Of a DNA stretch of 64,000 nucleotides, positions 50,450 through 64,000 are shown in pieces (position 1 is the stretch's first letter; each line of letters starts with the position of its first letter). The DNA is from Haliotis rubra. Taxonomy: Eukaryota. The notes beneath the pieces were generated by a model, which had not been told where the DNA came from, did not search any database, and worked only from the letters and a program-made list of their open reading frames with translations. A program made the translations under genes and the position numbers. The stretch lies in NCBI RefSeq assembly GCF_003918875.1, contig NW_025767533.1, forward strand, positions 248,001 to 312,000, read 5' to 3'.

Positions 50450-52370
50450 AGACATGCATAGTATTGGGCGTGTAGTTTATGACATGCATAGTACTGGGCG
50501 CAGTTTAGGACTTGCATAGTATTAAGCGTGCAGTTTAGGACAGTGTAGTTTGGGCGTGTAATTTAGGCCATGTATAGCACTGGGCGTATAGATTAGGGCA
50601 TGTATTGTTTTGGACGTAGTTTAGGCCATGTATTGTTTTGGGTGTGTAGTTTAGGACATGTATTGTTTTGGGCGTGTAGTTTAGGACATGTATTGTTTTG
50701 GGCGGGTAGTTTAGGACATGTATTGTTTTGGGCGTAGTTTAGAACATGTATAGTATTGGGCGGGTAGTTTAGGACATGTATTATTTTGGGCGTGTAGTTT
50801 AGGACATGTAGAGTTTGGGTGTGCAGTTTAGGTAATGACATAGTATCGGGCTTATAGTTTAGGACATGTATAGTATTGGACGGTTAGTTTAGGTCATGTA
50901 TTATTTGGGGTGGGTGGTTTAGGAACGTGTCGTTTGGGCGCGCCGTTTAGGACATGACATAGCATTGGGCGGCTAGTTTAGGATATGTATTATTTGGGCG
51001 GGTAGTTTAGGACATGTATAGTATTGGGTGGGTAGTTTAAGACAGTGGAGCTTTGGCGCAGTTTAGGACATGTGTAGTATTGGGCGGGTAGTTTTGGATA
51101 TGTTTAGTATTGGGCGGGTAGTTAAGGACAGTGGAGCTTTGGCGGGTAGTTTAGGACAGTATAGTCTGGGCATGTAGTTTAGGACATTTGTAGTATTGGG
51201 TGGGTAGTTTTGGATATGTATAGCATTGGGCGGGTAGTTAAGGACAGTGGAGCTTTGACGGGTAGTTTAGGACAGTGGAGCTTTGGCGGGTAGTTTAGGA
51301 CAGTGGAGTTTTGGCGTGCAGTTTAGGACATGTGTAGTATTGGGCGGGTAGTTTTGGATATGTATAGTATTCGGCGGGTAGTTAAGGACAGTGGAGCTTT
51401 GGCGGGTAGTTAAGGACAGTATAGTCTGACATGTAGTTTAGGACAGTGGAGCTTTGGGCCGGTAGTTAAGGACAGTGGAGCTTTGAGGGTAGTTTAGGAC
51501 AGTGTAGTCTGGGCATGTAGTTTAGGACATGTGTAGCATTGGGCGGGTAGTTTAGGACAGTGGAGCTTTGGCGGGTAGTTTAGGACAGTGGAGCTTTGAC
51601 GGATAGTTTAGGACAGTGGAGCTTTGGCGGGTAGTTTAGGACAGTGGAGCTTTTAGTGCAGTTTAGGACAGTGTCTTTGGGCATGTAGTTTAGGTCATGT
51701 ATAGTACTGGGCGTAGATTAGGGCATGTATTGTTTTGGGCGGGTAGTTTAGGACATGTATTGCTTTGGGCATGTAGTTTAGAACATGTATAGTATTGGGC
51801 GTGTAGTTTAGGCCATGTATAGTATTAGGCGTGAAGTTTAGGCCATGTTTAGCATTGGGTGTGAAGTTTAGGCCATGTATAGCATTGGGCGTGTAGTTGA
51901 CATGTATAGTATTATGTAGTATTATTAAGTGTAGTTAAGGACATGTGTAGTTTTGGAGTGCAGATTAGATTAGGACGTAATTTGGGCGCGTAGTTTAGGA
52001 CATGCATATATTGGGCGTGCAATTTAGGACAGTGTAGTTTGGGCGTGTAGGTTAGGTCATGTATTGTTTTGGCGTGTAGTTGAGGACATGCATTGTTTTC
52101 GGCGCGTAGTGTAGGACATGTGTAATATTGGGGGCGTAGTTTAGGCCATGTGTTGTTTTGGGCGCGTAGTTTACGACATGTAGTTTTGGCGTGTAGTTTA
52201 CGACATGTCGTTTAGGACGTGTAAGACGTGTAGGTCGGAACATGCGCGTAGTGTACGACACGTGTAGTTTAAAACGTAAAATTAATGTGATGTCTACTAT
52301 GGTTTAGGGAATGGGAAGCTTACGATATTAGCAGAATAAGCCATGTTTAGTTTAGGACGTGTGTAGTGTA
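50450..52370. repeat. Degenerate 27-30-bp minisatellite
   Basis: Recurring gtagtttaggacatgtattgttttgggcg and a subtype gtagtttaggacagtggagctttggcgg. Confidence 0.9.
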
Positions 52371-53194
52371 GTTCTCTTGAAAATATATTTGACAGTACTG
52401 GTGACTATATAATCTGCCTACAGATACAGATATCAAGGAAGCAGTTGTCGAGTGCAGATTTAGTAATGCAATGAAATAATGAATTACAGCAAAAACCTTG
52501 ACATATTATAAACAACTGTCGACGGAGTCAACTGTTCGCATGTTCATGAATTACTATGAAATAGTGACGACCCTGATAGTTTCCGAAAAGCATAACCCTC
52601 CCCTTCACGTGTACAACCCACGTCACGCCATCAGCCATTTATTGCGGGTATCTGGTAATGTAAGAAAAGCTGGCAGGTAGCCAAGCTGTTTCGTACATGT
52701 CTATATACAGTCTTCCTAATTACATAAAGTATCTATTGTTACCGATATCAGGGTACAAGGCCACTTTCTCTGAGTTTACTCGTAAACACTTGAACACACT
52801 GCCGTATCCGAGTAAACAAGAATAGCCTAACCGCTTTATGTGTTGCTCATGAAGTATTTAGGGGTCACGTCTTGGGTCACATCAGGTACACTTTGCTACA
52901 GGTTAACTGACGGACTATCGTCATGGTTGTTGACTTTATGAATAAGCCCGTAGTGGAGTTGCCTGCAGACTATTGTTCAGATTGACTCAGATTTAAACAA
53001 AGGAGCAGTTGTGGATGCATCACCCAAGCGTGCTGAACAAAAGACGAAATATGGCGGCATACTTAAAATACATGTGCATAGTTCTTACAAACTGCTGAGG
53101 ATGGGAGACACAGATGTCGTTCCCGTGCTGCATTTCGCTGTGCAGAGATCTGCATCAAAATGTCGTCACACTGACACGCCTTGGTATACCAGTG

Positions 53195-53441
53195 ACTGAG
53201 CGAGTTTAGTTTTACGCCGCACTCAGCAATATTCCAGCTATATGACAGTAGTTTGTAAATAATCGAGTCGGGACCAGACAATCCAGTGATCAACATAATG
53301 AGCATCGATCTACGCAATTCGGATACGATGACATGTGTCAACCAAGTCAGAGAGCCTGACCACCCGATCCCGTTAGTCACCTCGTGAGTTATACAAGCAT
53401 GGGTTACTGAAGATCAATTCTAACCCGGATCTTCACGGGTC
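53195..53441 (-). mobile_element. SINE family A copy
   Basis: Family A body and tail. Confidence 0.85.
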
Positions 53442-54191
53442 GTGATATACCAGGATTACTGTCAACAAGCAGTTCTAAACACAACTAATTCACAATGAAA
53501 TGATTATATAACTCGGCTACAGCAGACTGTCTGTACTCGTTGTCGTGTCAGTCGACAGGTTAGCATGTGTCCAGCTAGTCCAGGACAGCCTGCAAATATT
53601 ATTGGACCAGGAAAACCATAGGTGATAATATATATCCAAGTCCCTTGGGGTCTGAACACATACAATCATGCAAGTCCGGGGAGTCTGACAACCCAGCCCC
53701 ATGTTAGCAAGAACGTAATACAAGGTATTGAGTCTCAACTTCATTCAGGTTGACATTCAAAACCGTACTGTAGTTCATTATTTGCTGAGTGACATTCAGT
53801 ACTAAATTAAATGTCAAAATGAGCCATTTGATACCATGTTTCACCTAGGTACAGTGGCTGTTTCATTGATTTTGGACATGACAAGCACCAAGCAGGGGGT
53901 TCTTTTTTTGCTGTGGGCCTGTGGCATGTACGATGATCAGAAAGCGAATCAAAATATTCCTTGCGCTGTGGTTTTCCAATCCCTGAGATCACAGGTTTGA
54001 ATCCCAGATTTACAGTGGTGATTCTTCTAGACATTGTGCGCGTATCATGAACCGAAAACCATCTCGAGCATCCTCTATTTCGTAAATACAGTGTGTAATG
54101 CAATCAGTTCATCGACAGGTCTTTCATTTCACATGGAGGGTAAACTTTCTGATAAAACGTAGTAGAAAACATAATCCCTTGAAAATATGAA

Positions 54192-55462
54192 GGTGGGGTG
54201 AGGTGAAATAGGGTTTAACGTCTCACTTAAGAATATTTCGCTCATATGACGACGTGCATGCGTGTGTATGTGTATGTGCGGCTGCTTGTACTAGCCCAGA
54301 CTTAAGCTGGTTTTATAGTGCTAATATAACAGCGCCTTGTTTGCGTCCGTTACAGAATACAAACGGCTGTGGGTTGGGAGGCCGATACGTTTATTACTGG
54401 TCTATTTATTAAACAGCCAGGCTGGTTGTACCCAAGCTGATCATAATGGATATTCTTCTGTGAATGATCACACTCACAGATCTTAAATCGTCATAAAATT
54501 CCAATGACTCTGGCTATATGTCTGCTTCAAAAGTACAAGACGGCATCTGAGTTTAAAATCTGAACATTGTAGTTAAGCTGTGGCCAGCTTGGCCTATTAG
54601 TAAAACAATAGAAATGACTGGGAGCTGGAGCAAAGAGTGTTGAAAGCATGCAGTGTGACAATTAGTGGAGGTTAGACTAAGAGTTACAAGGCTTACTATG
54701 CAGAGCTATGGACTAAGAGTAAAATAAAGTATAAAACATAACTAAGATTCTTACAGGTGTTCTTATTGTTTAGTCATTAAGTGGAAACAATGCCATCCAC
54801 CTTGATACTTAATATCATCTTCCTAACTAAAACCTATGTACATATATATATATTTGAGTCTGCCACACTAACCCACTGAGATACCATGCCGCAGTGAAGC
54901 TATGAATACCCCACTCAGACACATTATACTGACTCCGAGCCGACCAGTCCTTGTTGTACCCATTAATGCCGAGCGCCAGGCAGGGACCAACAAGTACCAT
55001 ATTTTAACGTCTTTTGGTATGACGCGGTCGGGGATCGAACCCGGCGACCTTCCGCTCTCCGGGCGGACGCTCTAACCAGTACACCACGGAGGCAATCCCT
55101 TGAAAATATGAAGGTGGGGTGAGGTGAAATAGGGTTTAACGTCGCACTTAAGAATATTTCGCTCATATGACGACTTGCATGCGTAAGTGTGACATGCTTG
55201 TACTCAGCCCAGACCCAATCTGTTTAGTGCTAGCTCACTGATCACGAGATACCATGTCGCAGTGAAGCATGAATACCCCACTCAGACACACATCATATTG
55301 AGTCCAAGCCGACCGGTCCTTGACGTACCCATTAATGCCAAGTACCAGACAGGGACCAAAAGTACCATATTTAACCTCTTTTGGTATGACGTGGCCGGGG
55401 ATCGAACCCGCGACCTTACGCTATCCTGACGGACGCTCTAACCACTACACCACGGAGGCGGT
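54192..55462 (-). mobile_element. Tandem dimer of a tRNA-derived SINE family C (V-SINE-like core)
   Basis: Two copies with heads cctccgtggtgtagtggttagagcgtcc...ggttcgatcccc and core gtcataccaaaagac...atggtac. The target cttgaaaatatgaa occurs three times. Confidence 0.8.
54325..54867 (-). mobile_element. Probable solo LTR (543 bp) inserted in SINE C
   Basis: Minus strand begins TGTGGCAG and ends CTGTTATA, with an internal AATAAA and a 4-bp TSD ctaa (54321-24 and 54868-71). Confidence 0.7.
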
Positions 55463-56074
55463 CTCTTGAAAATATGAAACAGTCAGGGTATGATATTATT
55501 CAATTTATTACATTTATTGTGGAACATATCACTTACATAATACATTCAAGAGTGAGGTATAGAATGTAGCACCATTTAGAATCTATATTTTGGCACGATG
55601 AGCCCCACTGTTTGACAGAGTATCCCGAGTATTTAGAAGTATAACGCAGCTCCTTTCTTCAACTGGCTCTAACGGTTTGGAATGCAAACCAACACCAACA
55701 GACCTCCAGTCTGGGTTGATGAGTGCTTTCTGTATTGATGACAAACTGACAAACATGAAACAAGGAATTACATCTCAACATTGACTCTTAATCTGCAAAA
55801 TGTATGCAGTCATTGTGCTGCAGCAAAAATAGAAATATTTTGTATGACACAAGCTTCAAATCTGAGCCTGTTATGCTGTCGAGGGAGGTAAAGTTTCCTT
55901 GATGTCAAACATTTCCATCTGTTACATATGGTTGGTAAGACCAACTCAGCAGCAAAATATGTGGAGGTAGGAGTCCTGGCTGAAACCTGACTAAAAATGA
56001 AACACTGAGGTACTGGGCACTGAATACAAGAGCTAATACTTTCAGGCAATACTGTCAATAAAATGCAAATAAAC

Positions 56075-56480
56075 CAATAGTACATGGATAGCCAAGGACC
56101 AACAGTACATGGATAGCCAAGGACCAACAGTACATGGATAGCCAGGACCAACAGTCCATGGATAGCCAGGACCAACAGTCCATGGATAGCCAAGGACCAA
56201 CAGTCCATGGATAGCCAAGGACCAACAGTACAAGGATAGCCAAAGGACCAACAGTACATGGATAGCCAAGGACCAACAGTACATGGATAGCCAAGGACCA
56301 ACAGTACAAGGATAGCCAAGGACCAACAGTACAAGGATAGCCCAGGACCAACAGTACATGGATAGCCAAGGACCAACAGTACAAGGATAGCCAAGGACCA
56401 ACAGTACATGGATAGCCAAGGACAAACAGTACATGAATAGCCAAGGACCAACAGTATATGGATAGCCAAGGACCAACAGT
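56075..56480. repeat. 25-bp minisatellite, about 16 copies
   Basis: Unit gatagccaaggaccaacagtacatg. Confidence 0.95.
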
Positions 56481-57558
56481 CCAGTATGTGAACAGCCTTT
56501 CATCTCAACATCTGGTTCTACACTACAAGTCAAAACCACACCAAGCATCAAAAGTTCATTCCAAAAGTACAGGTATTTGTGCATCATCTTTGCCATTCCT
56601 GACATATTATTTTGTCCAGGTCAACACACACATCAACACACCTGTCAACACACGATAATAATACCCCTTGAGCAATTCTAAATACTTTCTATGCTTTCAA
56701 GCAATGTGAATTACAGATAAAAACTTTTATCAGACAGGCTTGTCATTGAAAAGAACATTACTAACAGTATCATATCTTTAATATTATAAATATTATAACA
56801 ATAAAACATAAAAAATCAACAAAATTTAACCGAGTCCTGAGAAGATGTATTATGTTTTATTGTGGTGCACCAAGTCTGACCCATCAGTCATCAGTCAAAA
56901 CCAGAATAGCTTGTTGGGTCTAATTCTAACCAGGAAACATCACAGTGATACAACATGTCATCAAGCAACTTTGAACGGTTTATTAGTTATAGTCAACAAA
57001 ATGAAATCCTCATTCTCCAACTTGTAATTACCATGTTTTTACATGTAAAATCAAAACAAAATAATAAAGCACTTTCCGGATGTGGATACAGGTTCACAGA
57101 CATGTTAAACGATTAAGAGCCTTGCCCTTATTCGAAATCAAGTCAAACATGTTGCCTTGGAAATGCTGCCAATTATTCCTGGAAACGAAAGGTCAGAAAC
57201 CATTATAACAGCAAAAGGCATGACTACAGTTTTTGATGGATGTGTGTACTAAGTTTGTAAATGTATGCCTACTAGTTTTCAATATCTCTCCAGAAATAAT
57301 TGTAAGACACATGGAACTTATTTCAATATTATCCATTCCAAGAAAAATATAACAAAGAATTAATCATACACTGATGAAATTATGCACTTTAGTTTGTCTC
57401 CTAAAGAATCGGGTTGGGGAGAGGAGACTTCAGATGTATCAGATTTGCAATGTTTGTAATGGAGGTTAAGACACATCACTGATTACATTATAACTCCATT
57501 CTGTTAAAGTACTATCCAAGAGACACCTTCCATCACAGTATAGTTCCAAAGAGTCATG

Positions 57559-57800
57559 ACCTGTGAAGATCAGGGTTAGAATTGATCTTCAGTAACCTAT
57601 GCTTGTCATAAGAGGCGACTAACAGGATTGGGTGGTCAGGCTTGCTGACTTGGTTGACACATGTCATCGTATCCCAATTGTGTAGTACGATACTCATGCT
57701 GTTGACCACTGGATTGTCAGGTCCAGACTCGATTATTTACAGACAGTCGCCATATAGCTGGAATATCACAGCGCTTAACAACAATCAATCAGTCAGTCAA
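57559..57800 (+). mobile_element. SINE family A copy
   Basis: gacctgtgaagatcagggttagaattg...gctggaatat. Confidence 0.85.
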
Positions 57801-58096
57801 TCACAATAATCAAAAAGAGGTGGAGACGACACTTCCTCACTGGAGGCTTGTTGGCAGCCCATTGATCCAGAGGTGGTTTCAAAACACGATCAAGAACAGC
57901 TACACTGGATATATGAGCATAACTAAGACAATAAGGAACTTACTGCATAAGTAAACTAATAATACAACCAACTACTCCTCAAATGTGAATAATTTACGCA
58001 AAATTAGAGGATTATAAGAATTAAGACAAATCTACAAGACTTTCCAACGGTTCACTGACTGAGACCTGCACATGTTCTCCATGTAAAATTCTTTAA

Positions 58097-61000
58097 TTAT
58101 CCCCACTGCAGAATGGATCTGTCTGCAACGAAGTTGCCTTTAGGGGATGTGGTGTTTGGGGGCAAGAGTGCCAGATACACCATGGTGTCAGCACCTGGAA
58201 CAAATATGTCTGGGATATGAATCCTTACATCATAATGCAACAGACAACTATATTTTATTACAGTCATGTCAATCAAAGTTTATTGTCAATCTACATAAAG
58301 CAGTGATTCACAACATCAGCAACATTTGCAACTGATCATGTGGGTATCATCCAGGTGCACAAAAATAGACAAACACTGGGTAACTCAGGTATAGATGAGG
58401 AAACAAGCACTGAAGGACCATGATGTATTCTACATGTGGGCTCCTTTCCACAAAGCCATTGTAGGACTTTGAAAGTCATAAATCTATGTTAAAGTATGGG
58501 CATTGCAATGATCACCGTAGTGCTACGACAGTCATAAATCTATGTTAAAGTATGGGCATTATCATCGTAGTGCTACGACAGTCATAAGTATATGTTAAAG
58601 TATGGACATTACAATCATCGTAGTGCTACGACAGTCATAAATCTATGTTAAAGTATGGGCATTATGATCATCGTAGTGCTACAACAGTCATAACTCTATG
58701 TTAAAGTATGGGCATTACGATCATCGTAGTGCTATGACAGTCATAAATCTATGTTAAAGTATGGGCATTACGATCATCCTAGTGCTATGACAGTCATAAA
58801 TCTATGTTAAAGTATGGGCATTATGATCATCATAGTGCTACAACAGTCATAAGTCTATGTTAAAGTATGGGCATTACGATCATCGTAGTGCTACGACAGT
58901 CATAGGTCTATGTTAAAGTATGGGCATTACGATCATCCTAGTGCTACAACAGTCATAAATCTATGTTAAAGTATGGGCATTACGATCATCCTAGTGCTAC
59001 AACAGTCATAAATCTATGTTAAAGTATGGGCATTACGATCATCGTAGTGCTACAACAGTCATAAGTCTATGTTAAAGTATGGGCATTACGATCATCGTAG
59101 TGCTACAACAGTCATAAGTCTATGTTAAAGTATGGGCATTACGATCATCATAGTGCTACGACAGTCATAAGTCTATGTTAAAGTATGGGCATTACGATCA
59201 TCCTAGTGCTGATCGACAGTCATAAATCTATGTTAAAGTATGGGCATTACGATCATCCTAGTGCTACGACAGTCATAAATCTATGTTAAAGTATGAGCAT
59301 TACGATCATCGTAGTGCTACAACAGTCATAAGTCTATGTTAAAGTATGGGCATTATGATCATCGTAGTGCTACGACAGTCATAACTCTATGTTAAAGTAT
59401 GGGCATTATGATCATCGTAGTGCTATGACAGTCATAAATCTATGTAAAAGTATGGGCATTATGATCATCGTAGTGCTGCGACAGTCATAAGTCTATGTTA
59501 AAGTATGGGCATTACAATCATCGTAGTGCTACAACAGTCATAAATCTATGTTAAAGCATGAGCATTACAATCATCGTAGTGCTCCAACAGTTATAAGTCT
59601 ATGTTAAAGTATGGGCATTATGATCATCGTAGTGCTACAACAGTCATAAGTCTATGTTAAAGTATGGGCATTACGATCATCCTAGTGCTACAACAGTCAT
59701 AAGTCTATGTTAAAGTATGGGCATTATGATCATCCTAGTGCTACAACAGTCATAAGTCTATGTTAAAGTATGGGCATTATGATCATCGTAGTGCTACGAC
59801 AGTCATAAGTCTATGTTAAAGTATGGGCATTACAATCATCGTAGTGCTACGACAGTCATAAATCTATGTTAAAGCATGGGCATTACGATCATCGTAGTGC
59901 TACAACAGTCATAGGTCAATGTTAAAGTATGGGCATTACGATCATCCTAGTGCTACAACAGTCATAAGTCTATGTTAAAGTATGGGCATTACGATCATCC
60001 TAGTGCTACAACAGTCATAAATCTATGTTAAAGTATGGGCATTACGATCATCGCTAGTGCTACAACAGTCATAGGTCTATGTTAAAGTATGGGCATTATG
60101 ATCATCCTACTGCTGCAACAACAGTCATAAATCTATGTTAAAGTATGGGCATTACGATCATCGTAGTGCTACAACAGTCATAAATCTATGTTAAAGTATG
60201 GGCATTACGATCATCCTAGTGCTACAACAGTCATAAGTCTATGTTAAAGTATGGGCATTATGATCATCGTAGTGCTACAACAGTCATAAATCTATGTTAA
60301 AGTATGGGCATTATGATCATCCTAGTGCTACAACAGTCATAAATCTATGTAAAAGTATGGGCATTATGATCATCGTAGTGCTATGACAGTCATAACTTCT
60401 ATGTTTAAGTATGGGCATTATGATCATCGTAGTGCTATGACAGTCATAAATCTATGTTAAAGTATGGGCATTACGATCATCCTAGTGCTGCGACAGTCAT
60501 AGGTCTATGTTAAAGTATGGACATTACGATCATCCTAGTGCTACGTCACCTTGTGGAACGGGCCACAAGCACTGAGGCAACAAGCCCATGGTATCCTTGT
60601 ATAAATTCATGTGTGGATCAACACAGGAAGATGAGCCATGTATTTTGTACATTGTTTTATTCTCGCAACAAGTCTGCATAACTCACCTTCATCAATATTC
60701 CTTGGGCCTGTATGACTCGACATATCTGTTTGCACATGGCCAGGACAGCACTGGGAAGGGGACAAAAGACATCATCATCATCATCATCATCATCATCATT
60801 ATCATCATCGTCGTCATCATCGTAATATTCTATAGGAGGTAGAGAGCTCACCTTTGTCAATACTGTGAATGAGAGCCTACAAAGTACAATGATCACTGAT
60901 TTCTGTAAGATTGGCCAAAATATCGATTGTCACTGACATTCATGTATGGAGGGTATTGCATCTAGGTAATATATCTGATTATACTGAGATTGCTAATTCA

Positions 61001-61937
61001 CTTACTGAGTTGATGACAATGTCCTCTCTCGGGTCCTTCCTGATGTCTCTATCCTGAATGACAGTCATGAAGTTCTTCCCGATCTTGGAGGTACCATACG
61101 CTGACTTTGGAAACCCCTCTTCAAGATGTCTACCTGCCTTCGCAGCACTGACAATGTACAATACATCATTGAAAGTGCTGTAAACCAAACTTATTCCTGA
61201 CACAATATCGGTAACGCCATACAGGGAACATACACATGGACTAACATGTCAGTTTATTCCAGTACTTGGCTTGCCAATGAACAACCACATCATCCATGTT
61301 TATCATATAACACACTGATGTCATAATGTCATTGACTTCACACCAAGTTTGTTTATGGTTGTGATATTTCATAAGAATTTATTTATTTTCTATTCTAGGA
61401 AGTTGGCCTCAAACTCTAATCCTCTTAGTCACTTCAAAACATTGTTATTCACAGCTTAAAGAGCAGAAAGTCTAAAATGACTATGACATATATAACACTC
61501 CCATACTAGTCATATTGCTTTCTAAAACCAAAAATATTTGAAAACAGTTTCAGCTCGATTTTATGGTCAGAAACTGCTGCACATATCAAGTCTTCAAAAA
61601 AATCATTTTCGGTTATGTACTGAAAGAATACAATATATTCAATAAGAAATTACGAGCTACTGTTGTCATTGTTTATTTATTTGTGTTGTTTAAAGCTTCA
61701 CTCCACAATATTCCAGCTATACGATGACAAACAATATAATCAACATGAAAATATTCAGAGCCACTGTTGCCATTGATTCACTGTTGAGTACATACATAGC
61801 TGACTTACTCTACAAACTCTTGCATGATCTTCTCCAGTCCTTCCATTGTGAGGGTAGGGTCCTTGAAGCGACCTTGAACGGCAGGGGAACACTGATCGAT
61901 AGCTGTGTGAGCTAGCACGCTGGACACAGAAACAACC
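58097..61937 (-). CDS. CBR1: Carbonyl reductase [NADPH] 1-like SDR, last four exons (5' exons lie beyond the window)
   Basis: Exons 61937-61809 (RVVSVSSVLAH...CSPAVQGRF...EFVD), 61147-61006 (GFPKSAYGTSKIG, catalytic YxxxK), 60750-60687 (CCPGHVQTDMS) and 58194-58097 (GADTMVYLALLPP...QWG*). GT-AG junctions and phases are consistent. Confidence 0.92.
58436..60566. repeat. 53-bp minisatellite (about 39 copies) enclosed by MITE-like TIRs, in the last CBR intron
   Basis: Unit gtcataaatctatgttaaagtatgggcattacgatcatcgtagtgctacgaca. Ends gtgggctcctttccacaaag / ccttgtggaacgggccac. Confidence 0.9.
60770..60822. repeat. (ATC)n microsatellite
   Basis: catcatcatc... run just upstream of a CBR acceptor. 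Confidence 0.95.
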
Positions 61938-62436
61938 CTGCCAAACATAATCAGCATGTTTCACGGTAGGTATATGCCCCTCCAGGATTACAGGAGTAAA
62001 GTAAACATATGGAAAAGAACCAAGTTTCACCTCTCTTGGACCTGCAGCCTTGTCCAGAGTAATGGCAGGATTAGGTTATGTATTGAATATAATTTCCTTC
62101 AGCAATACTGCAGCTGTTTGATCATGAGTCAGGATCAAACAAACACTGATCAAATCCTTACCAACACTGGAGTATGATGTATTTAACCAAGTGACCTAAC
62201 CACCATTTAATGACCTTTGTTGACCACTACTACCAGGTATATTGTAGCCCCGGATCCCCAGATGGTTCATACTCTCCTTGCTCATCCCCATACTCAGTAT
62301 CCATCCTTGCAGGTTTCCTAGGCTACTGGTAAAGGTGTTGACACAAAATAACAAACCCTTTAAGTGTTTCATACCTCACTGACTAGTGGACTAAAGTTCC
62401 CATGTTCAGGCCTGGTGGATATTGTACTCATGCTAC

Positions 62437-62940
62437 TAGCCCAGCAGATAAGTGATCAAATTGTGCACTTTGTGTTACAAGCATGAAATTTGGCATGATT
62501 GTAGCTTATACCCTTCTTATTAAATAAAGATCGAGAGGCCTCGCCGATTTTTTATATTGTTCATAATTTTGGGGGGAAAAGTGAAAAAAATCATTTTTTC
62601 TACTATTTTCATCATAACTTCTTTTAAAATTCTCCAATTCTCATAAGTCATATATCAAATTGTAGGAAATTTATAGCTGATCATTTTCCATCTATACATG
62701 CATTTTTATCTTTAATTGTTAGGTCTACGGAAGTGAATATATATCATGACTACCCGTAAAATAAGTATACACATCAATAAAATAACTTTTTCCCCAAACA
62801 TTATGAAAAATATAAAAAATCTGCGAGGCCTCTCGATCTTTATTTAATAAGAAGGGTATAAGCTACAATCATGCCAAATTTCATGCTTGTAACACAAAGT
62901 GCACAATTCAGTGAAAAAACTGCACTTATCCGCTGGGCTA
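62437..62940. mobile_element. Non-autonomous DNA transposon with about 150-bp TIRs (TAG...CTA termini)
   Basis: tagcccagcagataagtg...aattgtgcactttgtgttacaagcatgaaatttggc... is mirrored at 62790-62940. Confidence 0.85.
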
Positions 62941-63009
62941 CCTAGTAATATGACACTGAATAAACTTACATTCTTCAGAACATTGTGAATACACCCTGAT
63001 AGAACAGAT

Positions 63010-64000
63010 GTCATATGTGAGCAGGTACTTGTCTATGTATCTACTAGTGTTTGATTCCACCAGGTGTTTGTCTACTGCATCTACCAGTGTCTGGTGTGAC
63101 AAGGTGCTGTCTAATGCATCCACCAGTATCTGATGTGACCAGGTACTTGTCTACTGCACTGCATGTAACAATGCCTGATGTGACTAGGTACTTGTCTAAT
63201 GCATCCACCAGTGCCTGATGTGACTAGGTACTTGTCTACTGCATGTAACAATGTCTGGTGTGACCAGGTGCTTGTCTACTGCATCTACCAGTGTCTGGTG
63301 TGACCAGGTGCTTGTCTAATACATCTACCAGTGTCTGGTGTGACCAGGTGCTTGTCTAATGCATGTAACAATGTCTGGTGTGACCAGGTGCTTGTCTAAT
63401 GCATGTAACAATGTCTGGTGTGACCAGGTGCTTGTCTACTGCATGTAACAATGTCTGATGTGACCAGGTGCTTGTCTAATGCATCCTCCAGTGTCTGATG
63501 TGACCAGGTGCTTGTCTAATGCATGTAACAATGTCTGATGTGACCAGGTGCTTGTCTAATGCATGTAACAGTGTCTGATGTGACCAGGTGCTTGTCTACT
63601 GCATGTAACAATGTCTGATGTGACCAGGTGCTTGTCTACTGCATGTAACAATGTCTGATGTCACCAGGTGCTTGTCTACTGCATGTAACAATGTCTGATG
63701 TGACCAGGTGCTTGTCTAATGCATCTACCAATGTCTGATGTGACCAGGTGCTTGTCTACTGCATGTAACAATGTCTGATGTGACCAGGTGCTTGTCTACT
63801 GCATGTAACAATGTCTGATGTCACCAGGTGCTTGTCTAATGCATCCACCAGTGTCTGATGTGACCAGGTGCTTGTCTAATGCATCCACCAATGTCTGATG
63901 TGACCAGGTGCTTGTCTACTGCATGTAACAATGTCTGATGTGACCAGGTGCTTGTCTAATGCATGTAACAATGTCTGATGTGACCAGGTGCTTGTCTACT
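63010..64000. repeat. 40-bp minisatellite, running off the right edge
   Basis: Unit gcatgtaacaatgtctgatgtgaccaggtgcttgtctact. Confidence 0.95.

Noticed and set aside
55810-56605. Hydrophobic repetitive ORFs up to 219 aa
   Set aside because: These are translations of the 25-bp minisatellite.
60588-60896. Poly-Asp and poly-Ile ORFs
   Set aside because: They come from the intronic (ATC)n microsatellite overlapping a CBR exon.

Overview
Eukaryotic, intron-containing, repeat-rich animal DNA. The SINE families and gene types suggest a mollusc, plausibly abalone (Haliotis), but that is inference. The main content is a cluster of five paralogous genes for cysteine-rich, multi-EGF-like cell-surface proteins (MEGF10/SREC/CED-1-like). 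Each has a short signal-peptide exon and one giant exon holding all the repeats. There are two classes arranged head-to-head. On the minus strand are gene 1 (1686 to beyond the left edge) and gene 2 (17559-12226); gene 2 has a stalk, a TM helix and a tail with ITIM/ITAM-like tyrosines. On the plus strand are genes 3, 4 and 5 (26393-28259, 32500-35081, 48531-49753), which end in short hydrophobic GPI-like tails with no signalling domain. Two paralogs carry a +1 frameshift in a G run. The window also holds an orphan TM+tail gene fragment next to an assembly gap (42580-41661) and the last four exons of a carbonyl reductase 1-like gene (61937-58097, minus). Repeats include CR1/L2-type LINE fragments, Penelope remnants (one with a hammerhead-like motif), a decayed Tc1, a solo LTR, several MITEs, four SINE families, many minisatellites (one expanded inside a MITE) and a perfect 34-bp hairpin.
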